Source of the DNA: Alphaproteobacteria bacterium
Lineage (GTDB): Bacteria; Pseudomonadota; Alphaproteobacteria; UBA6615
Direction of reading: 5' to 3'
Length of the DNA: 64,000 nt
NCBI GenBank assembly: GCA_965261975.1
Contig: CBDHEC010000051.1
Location: forward strand, 128,001 to 192,000
The translations under genes and the position numbers were made by a program. The number at the start of each line of letters is the position of its first letter. Position 1 is the first letter of the stretch. This document shows positions 38,013 through 49,700 of this stretch, in pieces. The notes under the pieces were generated by a model. That model ran no database searches, was not told where the DNA came from, and saw only the letters and a list, made by a program, of their open reading frames with translations.

Positions 38013-39778
38013 ATGTCGGTTCGTCCATCGAAAGTGTTTGTTGCGAAGAAGCCACGCGCCTTGCGTTCGCTTGCACGTTCCGCATTCGGACGTGCCGATG
38101 TTCTGATCTCTTCTGTGCTGATCAACATACTCTCACTGGCACTGCCCTGGTCATTCTGCAAACGTTTGACCGCGTTATTCCCAATGGCACGAGCGCAACC
38201 TTCGTCTATCTCCTGATCGGGCTTGGCGTCGCGGTCATGGCGGATGGCGGCATGCGCATGGCGCGCTCCTATATCACCGCCTGGGGTGCCGCACGGTTCG
38301 AACACGCCGTGGGATGCCGGACGATCAACCACATGCTGAATGGGAGCATTCTCAACTTCGAGAAGGAACCAACCGGCACACAGATTGCCCGCGTCAACGC
38401 CATCGAAACCTTGCGCGACCTGTATGCCGGGCAGGGCATGCTTGCCCTGATCGATCTTCCCTTCGTGGCAGTATTCCTCGCGCTCATCGGTATCGTCGGC
38501 GGCTGGTTGGTGCTCGTTCCTGTCGGAGTGATTCTTCTTGTCGGGGGAATTGCCGCATTGATCGGTGTGCAGCTGCGAACCGCGTTGGATGACCGTCACA
38601 CTGTCGACGATCGACGTTACAGTTTCGTCATCGAGGTTCTTGGAAGCATGCCTCTGATCAAGGGATTGGCGCTCGAAGGGCTCATGCTTCGACGGTATGA
38701 ACGTTTGCTCGGCAGTTCTTCGGAGGCCGTACACAAGGTCATTCTCAAATCGGGCCTTGCCCAGGCACATGGTGCGATTTTTTCGAATCTGACGATGATT
38801 TCCGTCGCGGGCGCCGGTGCGCTCCTGGTCCTGAACGGACAACTGACCCTGGGTACGCTTGCCGCCTGTATGCTGCTGGCAGGCCGATCGGTACAGCCTG
38901 TTCTGCGGGCCATATCCGTGTGGGTACAGTTCCAGAATGTTCAAGTCGCCGAATCCCGTTTGCAGAACGTGATGGCGTCACCGTCCGAGGGACAGAACCA
39001 AACGCGCGAAGCACCGGATATTTCGGGGGCCGTCCGGTTCAAGGACATGGGTTTCATCTATCCCGGAACCGACAACGCACTTTTTCTCAACGTCGACTTC
39101 CAACTTGATGCAGGCGAAACCGTGGCATTGGTCGGCGACAATGGTTGCGGGAAATCGACGCTCCTCTGGCTCACGATGGGGTTGCTGAGCCCGACGGCCG
39201 GTTCTATCGAGCATGACGGTGTAAGTATCGCCGACGTTCCGCCGGCCGATATACGCAGGCAGATTGCCTATCTTCCCCAACGCAGCACCCTGTACCGCGG
39301 AACGATCCGGGGAAACCTGACGATGTTCGCCGGGGATGATCGACTGGACGCCGCGATGGAGTACGCCCACGCCCTGGAACTCGACACTGTACTGGCGCGT
39401 CTGCCCGATGGGCTCGACACCCAGCTCGGCAGTTCAAGCAACGACATTCTGTCCGCCGGTGTTCGACAACGAATTTCGATCGTCCGGGCACTCGCTGCGC
39501 GCCCGAAATTGATGCTTTTCGACGAGGCGAACTCCGCGTTCGATTTCAGAACGGACGACAAACTGCGTGATCTTCTCGAGACCATGCGCGGGTCTGTTTC
39601 GATGCTGCTCGTCAGTCATCGCCCATCGCTGATCCGCATGGCCGACCGGGTCTGTGAAATCACGCATCGTCAAATCCACGATCGCCGTTCCGCCGAGCAT
39701 GTCGGGACGCCGCAGAATCCGCCCCGACAGGAAACTGCGGCCACGCCGTCAATCATGGAAAGTGCGCACGCATCATGA
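38013..39778 (+). CDS. Type I secretion ABC transporter (permease+ATPase), frameshifted at about 38145
   Basis: INILSLALP in one frame continues as LVILQTFDRVIPN in another; GDNGCGKS, LSAGVRQR, LFDEA. Confidence 0.85.
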
Positions 39779-41937
39779 CCGCACTACTGGCAGCCCTTCC
39801 TCAGGCCAGCGAACAGGTAGAGCAACTCGAAGCCAACCTGAAGCGCGCAGACCCCGACGCCACCTTGCACGGCGCTGCGGGGTGTTTGGTCCCCATTCTC
39901 ACCGCACTGAGGTGGCGCGGGGACCCCGACCAGCTGGTCGAATCCCTGCCGCATTTTGTCGGTGCGCTCGGCCTGGATGATCTGCGCGACGTTCTCGCCA
40001 GGCTCGGCTTTCCCACCAGCATGCTGAGAGACCAGGTTTCCAGCCTCGACGAGCGCATGTTCCCTTGCGTATTCGTTACCGACAAAGGTCGATTTATTGT
40101 CGTCCTCGAACGCGACGGCGAGCAATTCAGAATCTTCGACCCGGAACGCGGCGGTGAATCGCGGGAACGACTTTCAGGTGTTCACGGCCAGATTGTATTC
40201 GTTGGTGACCCATCCACGGCAAAGGCAAACGACGACAATTCCGGCACCGCGTGGTTCTCGCAAACAATGGCTCGCTTTCGCCGGACCGTTGTCATCATGT
40301 TCGTCACAACCTTTGCCATCAACATGCTTGCGATCGCGGTGCCGCTGTCGATCATGGTGATCTACGACCAGGTCATTGGGCGACAGAATGGCAGTTTCCT
40401 GCCTTATCTTGCCGCCGGCGTCGCCATTGCGATGGCGATGGAGTTCGCGCTGCGCATCGTACGCACACGAGGACAGGCGTATCTGAGCGCACGTCTTGAG
40501 TTTCTCATTGGCAGCAAGGCGATGGCACACATCACGCATTTGCCTTACGCGGTCGTCGAGCGGGTACCCGTCGGCAAGCAACTCGCGCGCATCAAAGAGT
40601 TTGAATCGCTACGCGATTTCTTCACCGGACCCCTGGTAACAATCGCCTTCGATCTTCCCTTCGTGATTGTCTTTGTCGCCGTTATCGCGCTGGTTGCCGG
40701 GCCTGTCGCACTTGTCCCCATTGGCCTCATGATTTTGTACGCCATCATGGGATTACTGGTGTTTCCCGCCATGCGCCGACGGGTCAAGCTTGCAAGCGCC
40801 GAACGCTCGGAGCGGCAATCCTTCATTGTCGAGACGCTTTCCGAAATGCGTTCGATCAAGGTCATGGGCGCCGAGCAACTCTGGCTTGAACGCTTCCGGA
40901 ATATATCGGCCAGCGCGACGATGCGAACGTTTCACGCCAACCACCTGACGAGCCTCGTGCAGACAGCATCCCACATGCTGATGGTCCTTGGCGGCGTCGG
41001 TGTCTTGGCACTGAGCGTATTTCGCATCGAGACCGGGGCGATGACAATGGGTGCCCTGATTGCCACGATGGCCCTGACATGGCGCGTCCTGGCGCCCATC
41101 CAGACCGGTTTCAATCAGGTCTCGAAACTGGAGCAGGTCTTGCTGAGTATCCGCCAGCTCAACGACCTCTTGCGTTTTCGCCTTGAACGCGGACCCGATC
41201 AGTTTGTCTGCGAACGCAAATTGTTTTCCGGCAATCTGGCGTTCCACCGCATCAGCCTGCGTTACCTCCCGCGCCACGAGCCGGCCTTGATGAATGTGAC
41301 GTTCGGCGTTCGATCCGGCGAAATACTTGCCCTGGCCGGGACAAGCGGGTCGGGGAAATCCTCACTCCTGCGCGTCGCTTTGCGCCTGTATGAACCGCAG
41401 TCGGGGTCGGTGACCCTGGACGGGATCGATACACGACAACTCGACCCCGCCGAACTTCGCCGCGCCCTTGCATATGTGTCACAGGACACACAGGTGCTTT
41501 ATGGAACAATCGCGCAAAATCTGCGGTTCGGGAATTACTCGGCCACCGACGAAGAACTGCGCAGCGCCTGTGCAATCGCCGGCTTGCTGGAGGAAATTGA
41601 AGGGCTCCCGACGGGCTTCGAGACCCGTATCGGTGACAACCTTACGGCAAGTTTGCCTGCCGGCTTCCATCAACGCCTGGCGCTGGCGCGCGCCTATCTG
41701 TCTGCCGCTCCCATCCTGTTGCTGGACGAAGCCGCAAACGCGCTGGACGACGCAGGGGACGAGAAATTCCGAAACGCGCTGGATGCGATGCGCGGCTCCA
41801 GAACGATCATCCTTGCAACCCATCGACCAAGTCACATGCGTGTCGCCGACCGTGTTGTGGTGATGGCCAACGGCACGATGGTCGCAGAGGGAACTCCGGA
41901 TGAAATTGTCCCGAAACTGCTCCGCCGAGCCATATGA
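39775..41937 (+). CDS. Type I secretion ABC transporter with N-terminal C39-like domain
   Basis: INMLAIAVPLSIMVIYDQVI, GTSGSGKS, LLLDEA, THRP. Confidence 0.9.
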   Translation: MTALLAALPQASEQVEQLEANLKRADPDATLHGAAGCLVPILTALRWRGDPDQLVESLPHFVGALGLDDLRDVLARLGFPTSMLRDQVSSLDERMFPCVFVTDKGRFIVVLERDGEQFRIFDPERGGESRERLSGVHGQIVFVGDPSTAKANDDNSGTAWFSQTMARFRRTVVIMFVTTFAINMLAIAVPLSIMVIYDQVIGRQNGSFLPYLAAGVAIAMAMEFALRIVRTRGQAYLSARLEFLIGSKAMAHITHLPYAVVERVPVGKQLARIKEFESLRDFFTGPLVTIAFDLPFVIVFVAVIALVAGPVALVPIGLMILYAIMGLLVFPAMRRRVKLASAERSERQSFIVETLSEMRSIKVMGAEQLWLERFRNISASATMRTFHANHLTSLVQTASHMLMVLGGVGVLALSVFRIETGAMTMGALIATMALTWRVLAPIQTGFNQVSKLEQVLLSIRQLNDLLRFRLERGPDQFVCERKLFSGNLAFHRISLRYLPRHEPALMNVTFGVRSGEILALAGTSGSGKSSLLRVALRLYEPQSGSVTLDGIDTRQLDPAELRRALAYVSQDTQVLYGTIAQNLRFGNYSATDEELRSACAIAGLLEEIEGLPTGFETRIGDNLTASLPAGFHQRLALARAYLSAAPILLLDEAANALDDAGDEKFRNALDAMRGSRTIILATHRPSHMRVADRVVVMANGTMVAEGTPDEIVPKLLRRAI

Positions 41938-43352
41938 CGCGCGAAGGTAAAGAGGTCTCCATGTCGAAGACAAACCATCAGACACCGGTGCCAGCCGCAC
42001 AGAAGGCCGAACTCCTCGCGCCCGCGAAACCACGGCGCGGTGCCACCCGGCACAAGCTCAGGTTTCTGTCGCATGCCGCGCAGTTGGAAGAGGCGGGCCC
42101 GCCGCGGTTCCTGACGACTGTCATCGTCGTTGTGGCACTTTTTGTCGTCGGCGCCGGTGCCTGGGCTGGCGTGACCAACGTGACGTCTGCGGCGCAATCG
42201 TCGGGAACAGTTGTTCCAACGGGCACGATCCATACCGTTAAGCATCTTGAAGGAGGCATTGTTCGCGAAGTTCTTGTGCGCGACGGCGACCATGTCGCTG
42301 CCGGCGATCTCCTCGTCCGGCTCGATGATGTTGCCAGCGGTGCGGATCTCGATCAGCTGGAAACCCGACGCCTCACACTCACGGCAAAGTCGAAACGGCT
42401 TCGCGCCGAACTCGGCGGATATCCGGAATCCTTCGCCGACCTGGAAGATCAGGAACCGACGTTGATTGGAGACCAGAAGCGGCTCCTCGGCGTGGCACGC
42501 CAAAGCTATGACGACGAGCAGAATATTCTGGTTAGCCGGCTCGCCCAGCGACGTCTCGAGGTCGCGGCCTTGAAGGAACAGACATCGGGGCTGACCGACC
42601 AGCTTGCCGCAATTCGGGAGCAGGCAGACATTCGCGAAGGCCTTTTCAAGAAAGGCATCGGTTCACGCATTACGCTGCTGGAAACCCAGCGCGAAGTCGC
42701 CCGCCTGCGTGGCACTTTGGGCGAGAGCAAGTTCAGCCTGCGTCAGGCCGAAAGCGCCGTTCTCGAAGCGCAAGGCGCAATACGTGAGCATCGCTCACGC
42801 TGGCAGAGTGATCGGGAGCGTGAGCTCGAGACCGTCATGGCGGAGCTAAGCGAAGTGCTCGATACGCTGGCCCTGTTCCGCGACCGGGTCGAAAGACTGG
42901 AAATTCGAACACCGGTTCGGGGTACCGTGAACCTTCTATCTATCGCCGGCGCCGGCGCGGTCGTAGCCCCCGGCGAGAGCCTGATGGAAATTGTGCCCAA
43001 CGACGAAATGTTGATGGCCTCGGTCAAGGTTGATGCCCGTGACGTGGGATATCTGTCACCCGGTCAGGTGGCGGATGTTTCGATCAGCGGATTCGATGTT
43101 GCACGATACGGAACCATTCCAGGCCGTCTCGAATGGGTCTCCGCCACCAGTCATGCGGACGAGCAGGGCCGGGTTTTCTACGAGGCGCGTGTCGCCTTGG
43201 AGAACACCGAACTCAACTACGCGCAAGACAGCCGCCGCGTCATCGCAGGCATGTCCGTGCAGGCAAGCATCAATACCGGGACCCAGTCTCTATTCAGCTT
43301 CCTCGTTCGGCCCGTTGCCGCATCATTGCGCCTGGCGTTTGCCGAAAGATAG
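41934..43352 (+). CDS. HlyD family type I secretion periplasmic adaptor
   Basis: VKHLEGGIVREVLVRDGDHV, coiled coil, IRTPVRG, RYGTIPG, AGMSV. Confidence 0.93.
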   Translation: MTREGKEVSMSKTNHQTPVPAAQKAELLAPAKPRRGATRHKLRFLSHAAQLEEAGPPRFLTTVIVVVALFVVGAGAWAGVTNVTSAAQSSGTVVPTGTIHTVKHLEGGIVREVLVRDGDHVAAGDLLVRLDDVASGADLDQLETRRLTLTAKSKRLRAELGGYPESFADLEDQEPTLIGDQKRLLGVARQSYDDEQNILVSRLAQRRLEVAALKEQTSGLTDQLAAIREQADIREGLFKKGIGSRITLLETQREVARLRGTLGESKFSLRQAESAVLEAQGAIREHRSRWQSDRERELETVMAELSEVLDTLALFRDRVERLEIRTPVRGTVNLLSIAGAGAVVAPGESLMEIVPNDEMLMASVKVDARDVGYLSPGQVADVSISGFDVARYGTIPGRLEWVSATSHADEQGRVFYEARVALENTELNYAQDSRRVIAGMSVQASINTGTQSLFSFLVRPVAASLRLAFAER

Positions 43353-43483
43353 GCAACCTGCATTAAGTGCCTTTCCAGGACCGTCAGTAACCTGGACACG
43401 CACAAAACACTCCGTGTTTTCGCCATATTGCGTTGGTACCTTCACGCTCAGCCCTTATATGTGTTGCGCAGGATGGAGCACCC

Positions 43484-44278
43484 ATGGCGAACGACGATAG
43501 AAAACCGAAAAAGCGCGAAGACCGGTTAGGCCTCGGCGGCAAAAAGCGGCACGGCATCGTAGCCCATCTGCGCGGATACTTTCTCGCCGGCCTGCTGACA
43601 GTCGCGCCGATCGGGCTGACCATCTGGCTGTTCTGGGTGCTGCTGAAATTCGTCGACTCGCGCATCACACCGCTGATCCCTCAGAATTATAATCCCAACA
43701 CCTACCTGCACGCGGTCGTGCCGTTCGAGATCCCCGGTGTCGGCCTCATCGTCCTGATCGTGGCGCTGATTATTATCGGAGCGCTCACCCGCGTGCTGCT
43801 GGGCCGCACGCTCATCCGGATTGGCGAAAACCTGGTCAACCGCATGCCTGTGGTCCGCAGCGTTTATGGCGCCACCAAGCAAATCGTCGAATCTGTCCTC
43901 AAAAGTCAGTCCGACGCGTTTCGCCAGGTGGTGTTGTTCGAGTATCCCCGCCGCGGCAGCTGGGCAATCGGGTTCGTTACCGGTGCGACCAAGGGCGAAG
44001 TTCAGGCCCTGACCGACGACGACGTCGTCAATGTGTTCCTTCCGACCACACCGAATCCGACATCGGGCTACCTCCTGTTTTTGCCGCGCCGGGAACTGAT
44101 GCCGCTTTCCATGACGGTGGAAGAGGGGATCAAGATGATCATTTCCGGCGGCATCGTGACACCGGAAGACCGGCGCCCTCCCGAAGAGCGGGAAATCAAA
44201 CGCATCTCCTCGGCCGACGGCGACAAGCCGACGATTGGACCGAACGCGGCCCTGACAGCGGCCGCCGACGACGAATGA
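43484..44278 (+). CDS. DUF502 domain membrane protein
   Basis: YFLAGLL..PIGLT, EYPRRG, VFLPTTPNPTSGYL, IISGG. Confidence 0.92.
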   Translation: MANDDRKPKKREDRLGLGGKKRHGIVAHLRGYFLAGLLTVAPIGLTIWLFWVLLKFVDSRITPLIPQNYNPNTYLHAVVPFEIPGVGLIVLIVALIIIGALTRVLLGRTLIRIGENLVNRMPVVRSVYGATKQIVESVLKSQSDAFRQVVLFEYPRRGSWAIGFVTGATKGEVQALTDDDVVNVFLPTTPNPTSGYLLFLPRRELMPLSMTVEEGIKMIISGGIVTPEDRRPPEEREIKRISSADGDKPTIGPNAALTAAADDE

Positions 44279-44291
44279 TCGAACGCCCGGC

Positions 44292-46402
44292 CTAACCCGA
44301 ACGCGCGTAGCGCACGGCGGCGTCTCTCTCGAACAGATACAACAAGGTACGCAGCGCATCGCCACGTGCGGATTCGAGCCCGGGATCCCGGTTCATGATC
44401 AACCGCGCATCGTCACGGGCCATCGCCAGCAATTCTCCATGGGCTTCGAGATCGACCATCCGGAACTCCGGCAACCCTGACTGGCGCGTTCCCAGTACGT
44501 CGCCAGCGCCGCGCAAACGCAGATCCTGCTCCGCGATCTCGAACCCATCGTCGGTATCCCGTAACACGCGTAGCCGTTCGCGCCCGGTCTGGCCGATCTC
44601 ATGTCCATAAAGCAGCAGACAGGTGGGCGTCACGCTCGCCGCGCCCGATACGCCCCCGCAGTTGATGCAACTGGGCCAGACCGAAGCGCTCGGCATGCTC
44701 GATCACCATGACGGTCGCCTCGGGGACATCGACGCCCACCTCGATCACCGTGGTCGCCACCAGAACATCAATCGCCGGCTCGACCCCGTCGGCAAACCGG
44801 GCCATCACCGCGTCTTTCTCCTTGCCCGCCATCTTGCCGTGAACGAGCCCGACCCGGTCGCCGAAACGTTCACGCAACGCGCTGTGGCGCGCGGTCGCGG
44901 CCGCGACGTCTATGGTCTCGGATTCTTCAACGAGCGGGCACACCCAGAAGACCTTGCCGCCGGCATCGAGCTGTCGCTGCACGCCGGCGACCGCGTCTTC
45001 GAGGCGGTCCACCGAAGCCGTCGTCGTCTTGACCGGCTTGCGCCCGGCGGGCTTCTCGCGCAGTTGGGATTCTTCGAGGTCGCCATAAGCGGCGAGCATC
45101 AGGGTGCGCGGGATCGGCGTTGCGGTCATCAACAGCACATCGACCGCCGCGCCTTTCTCGGCCAACAGGAGGCGTTGATGCACGCCGAACCGGTGCTGCT
45201 CATCAACCACGGCCCACCGCCAGGTCGTTGAATGCGATGTCACTCTGAAACAGTGCGTGGGTGCCGACCACGAGGGGGATGTCGCCGGATGCCAGGTTTT
45301 CTAGAATTTCGGCGCGCGCCTTGCCCTTGTCCCGACCGGTCAGCAACACACAAGATACGCCCGCGGCCTCGGCCAAGGGTGCAATGGTGGCGTAATGCTG
45401 GCGCGCGAGGATCTCGGTCGGCGCCATGAGTGCCGCTTGTCGTCCCGCCTCAACGGCCGTCAGCATGGCCATCAGGGCCACCACGGTCTTCCCGCTGCCG
45501 ACATCACCCTGCAGCAGCCGCAGCATTCGATGCGCCGAACCCATATCCTCCTCGATGTCGACGATCGCCGTTTTCTGGCTGCCCGTGAGCTCGAAGGGCA
45601 GGGCATCCAGCACTCGGGATCGCAGGCGCCCATTGCCGGTGATCGGCCGGCCCGCCTGTTTGCGGACATGTGAACGGACCAGCATGATCGCCAGCTGGCT
45701 CGCCAGAAGTTCGTCATAGGCCAACCGCATACGCGCCGGTGATACCGGATCGAGATCCGTGAGCTCGCCCGGCGTATGAGTTGCCGTCAACGCGTCATGC
45801 CAACCTGACCATTCACGTTGGATTACAAGCGACGGGTCGAGCCATTCCGTCAGATCCGGTGCGCGCTCCAGGGCCCCGGCCAGCGCCTTGCCGAGCACGT
45901 TTTGCGACAGGCCTTCCGTCAATGCGTAAACCGGCTGCACCCGCATCACCTTGTCCCGCTCGGACGGCTTGGCGACGATGTCCGGGTGGGTCATCTGCAG
46001 TTTGTCGTCATAGAGTTCCGCCGACCCGCTCACGAGCCGGATTTCGCCTTCGGGCAACGCTTTTGACAGGTAGTCGGCCCGGCCATGGAAATAGACCAGG
46101 GTGATTTCGCCGGTGTCGTCCCGGCAATCGATACGGTAGGGGATTCGGCGATTTGCCACCGGTGGCGCATGATGTTTAACGACGGTGAGCTCGAGCGTGG
46201 CGATGCGCCCCGTTTCAAGGTCGACCAGGTTGGGGCTGTAGCGGCGGTCGACGATGCCTGTCGGCAAGTGCCAGATCAGATCGACAATCTGCGGGCCGAC
46301 CAGGCGCTCGATATGGGCACCGATCCGCGGCCCGATGCCTTTCAACGCCGTCACCGGTGCGAACAGGGGAAACAATATCTCTGGGCGGGCGCGTTGGGGC
46401 AC
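44292..46402 (-). CDS. recG: ATP-dependent DNA helicase RecG, split by two apparent +1 frameshifts (about 45214 and 44630)
   Basis: LLQGDVGSGKT, APTEILA / DEQHRFGV, MTATPIPRTL, QLHQLRGRIGRG / DGFEIAEQDLRLRG lie in three successive frames. Confidence 0.93.
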
Positions 46403-46509
46403 GGCGGGACCGATTGTGGGGTTCGTGCGGCTGACAGCAGTTCACAGGAAGGCTATATCCTACGGAGCAAGAGCGCCCGAGTCAGCATCGGGCAGACAGG
46501 ACCGGAAAG

Positions 46510-46788
46510 ATGACTGCCGAGAAGACCACGGAATCACGTGATGAGCGGATCAAACGCCTGATCTATCGCAGCATCTATACCGGCACCCTGGAGACCGACC
46601 TGCTGATTGGGAATTTTGCCAAACGGAACCTCGACAGCCTCAATGACGAGCTGCTCGATGAGTATGAAGCCTTGATCGATAACAGCGACCCGGATCTCTA
46701 CATGTGGATCAGCGGACGCAAGCCGGTACCGGATGCCTGGGACGGCGAGATCATAAAGCGTCTCCAAAACTTCAGGCTCGAAGACTAA
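46510..46788 (+). CDS. sdhE: Succinate dehydrogenase assembly factor SdhE/Sdh5
   Basis: KRLIYRS..GTLETDLLIG..F, DPDLYMWI; located between recG and mfd. Confidence 0.85.
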   Translation: MTAEKTTESRDERIKRLIYRSIYTGTLETDLLIGNFAKRNLDSLNDELLDEYEALIDNSDPDLYMWISGRKPVPDAWDGEIIKRLQNFRLED

Positions 46789-46789
46789 C

Positions 46790-49700
46790 TTGTTGCTAAA
46801 TCACAATTTTACATGGGGCGAACCAGGCTCTGTGACGCGCTTTACCGGCGTGCCGGACGGCTGCGATGCGCTGCTGCTCGCCGAGCTTCTCGGCCAGGCC
46901 AAGCAGCCGCTACTACATGTATCGAGCGACGATCTCGGAATGAACCGGTTGGCGGAATCAGTTGCCTTTTTCGCCCCGGATGCACGAATCCTCAAGTTTC
47001 CGGCGTGGGATTGCCTGCCCTATGACCGGGTGCCGCCGCGCGCCGAGCTCGTTGCCGAACGGATGGCGACACTCGGCACCCTCGCACGCGGCGGCGAAAC
47101 CGATAAGGATACCGACGAACCGTCACTGATTCTCACCACCGTTGCCGCCGTGCTGCAGCGTGTTCCACCGCGCGATCATATTCGCGACAGCCATATCGAG
47201 CTGATCCCCGGCCGCACGGTGGATTTCAGCCTCGTCATGGCGTTTCTCGCAGCGAACGGCTTCCACCGGACTGAAACCGTCCGCGAGCCGGGCGAATTCG
47301 CAAGCCGCGGCGACATCATCGACCTGTTTCCACCCGGTTACCCCGAACCTGTCCGCATCGATCTGTTCGGTGATGAGATCGAGGGACTCCGGTGCTTCGA
47401 CCCCCTGAGCCAACTGACCACCCGGTCCCTGGACCGTCTGACACTTCTGCCCGCCAGTGAAATTTTGCTCGATGAGGCGGCGATCGCGCGGTTCAGATCA
47501 TCCTATCGCAGCCGTTTCGGCGCGGTACGTGGTGACGATCCCCTGTATGAGGCGGTCAGCGAAGGAGTGCGCCATCCCGGGATGGAACATTGGCTCCCGC
47601 TGTTCTACGAGGCGCCCGAGACACTGTTCGACTATGTCGAGGGGCCGGTGATCCTCGGTGCCCAGACACCGGACGCCATGACCGACCGGTTCGATCAGAT
47701 CACGGACTATTTCTCGGCCCGGGTAAACGCGCCCGATCGCGCGGAGGGCGAAGCACCCTATAACCCGCTCCCGCCCGACGCGCTGTATCTCGGGCCCGAT
47801 GAATGGGAAGACCTGCGCGAAACCAGGCACGCCATCGATTTCGATGTATTCGAAGCACCGGTGAGCGGGATGGAATCCAATTCCGTTGGCGGCCGCCGCA
47901 CAGTCGATTTCGCCGAAGCTCGCAACCGGGCGGATACGAACCTGTTCGATGCCGTGCGTACCCGCATCACCAACGAGCAGGGTGAAGGCCAGGCGATCGT
48001 GATCGCCTGCTACTCCAACGGCTCACGTGACCGGCTGACCCAACTCCTGATCGACCACGACGTCGACCGTGCAACACCGGTATCGAATTGGGAGGCCGTC
48101 TTGTCAGCGGGCCCCGACCAAATATCGGTTTGTGTGCTCCCCGTGGATAACGGCTTTTCGGTGCCCGGGCGGACGGTCTACAGCGAGCAGGACATTCTGG
48201 GAGATCGTCTCGTCCGACGGCGACGCGCCACCAAACCGAGCGAACATCTCATCTCGGAGATGTCGAGCCTGTCGATGGATGACATCGTCGTACACGCCGA
48301 CCACGGAATCGGCCGCTATGACGGGTTGGAGACGCTCGAAATCGGGGGCGCACCTCATGATTGTCTGCGGCTGGTCTATGCCGGCGACGACAAGCTCTAT
48401 CTGCCGGTCGAGAATCTCGATCTGCTGTCGCGCTACGGCTCCGAAGAAGCCGGTGCCCAGCTCGACAAACTCGGGAATGCCAGCTGGCAGGCGCGGCGTG
48501 CTCAGGTCAAAAACCGTATCACCGAGATGGCGGATAAACTGATGGCACTTGCCGCCGAACGGGAGCTGCGCCATGCACCGAAGCTCACACCGCCGGCGGG
48601 TCTGTATGAGGAGTTTTGCGCGCGTTTCCCCTTCGCTGAAACCGAGGACCAGAACCGCGCCATCAACGATACCGTCGAAAGCCTCGGAGCCGGCAAACCC
48701 ATGGACCGGCTGGTCTGCGGTGATGTCGGGTTCGGCAAGACGGAAGTATCCCTGCGCGCGGCATTCGTCACCGCACTGAACGGACGCCAGGTCGCCGTGG
48801 TCGTCCCGACGACACTGCTCGCGCGGCAGCATTATCAGACATTCAAGGACCGGTTTGCCGGGCTGCCGGTCAAGGTCGCGCAACTATCGCGTCTGACCGC
48901 CGGCAAGGAAGCGGAGGTTGTTCGTACCGGGCTGGAAGAGGGTCAGATCGATATCGTCATCGGCACCCACGCCCTGTTGTCCCAGTCCATCGCCTTCCGT
49001 GATCTGGGCCTGCTCGTCGTCGATGAAGAGCAGCATTTCGGCGTCGCTCAGAAGGAACGTCTGAAAGGGCTCGGCAGCGACGTCCATGTCCTGACCCTGA
49101 CGGCCACGCCGATCCCGCGGACCTTGCAGCTGGCATTGACCGGTGTTCGCGAGCTCAGCCTTATCGCCACACCGCCGGTGGACCGGCTCGCCGTGCGGAC
49201 ATTCATTTTGCCCTATGACGGTGTCACCATCCGCGAAGCCATCATGCGCGAACATTTCCGCGGCGGGCAGAGCTTCTATGTTTGCCCGCGGCTTGCGGAT
49301 ATCGAGCGTCTCCAACAACGGCTGAAGGACCTGGTGCCCGAAGTCACCGTCGGGGTCGCCCATGGCCAGATGCCGGCGCGCGCCCTCGAGGACGTGATGA
49401 CCGCGTTCTACGATCGCAAATACGAGGTGCTTTTGTGCACCAATATCGTGGAATCTGGGCTCGATGTTCCCTCGGCGAATACGATCATCGTCCACCGGTC
49501 GGACATGTTCGGACTGTCCCAGCTCTACCAGCTGCGCGGGCGGGTCGGCCGCTCGAAATCCAGGGCTTACGCCTACCTGACATTGCCGAACGATCGCACC
49601 CTGTCGGAGACGGCGCGACGCAGGCTGGATGTCATGCAGACACTGGATACGCTGGGTGCGGGCTTCAGCCTGGCCAGCCACGATCTTGATATCCGCGGTG

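Noticed and set aside
36119-43480. T1SS locus as an integrative island at tRNA-Leu
   Set aside because: No integrase and no repeat of the tRNA 3' end seen at the far boundary.
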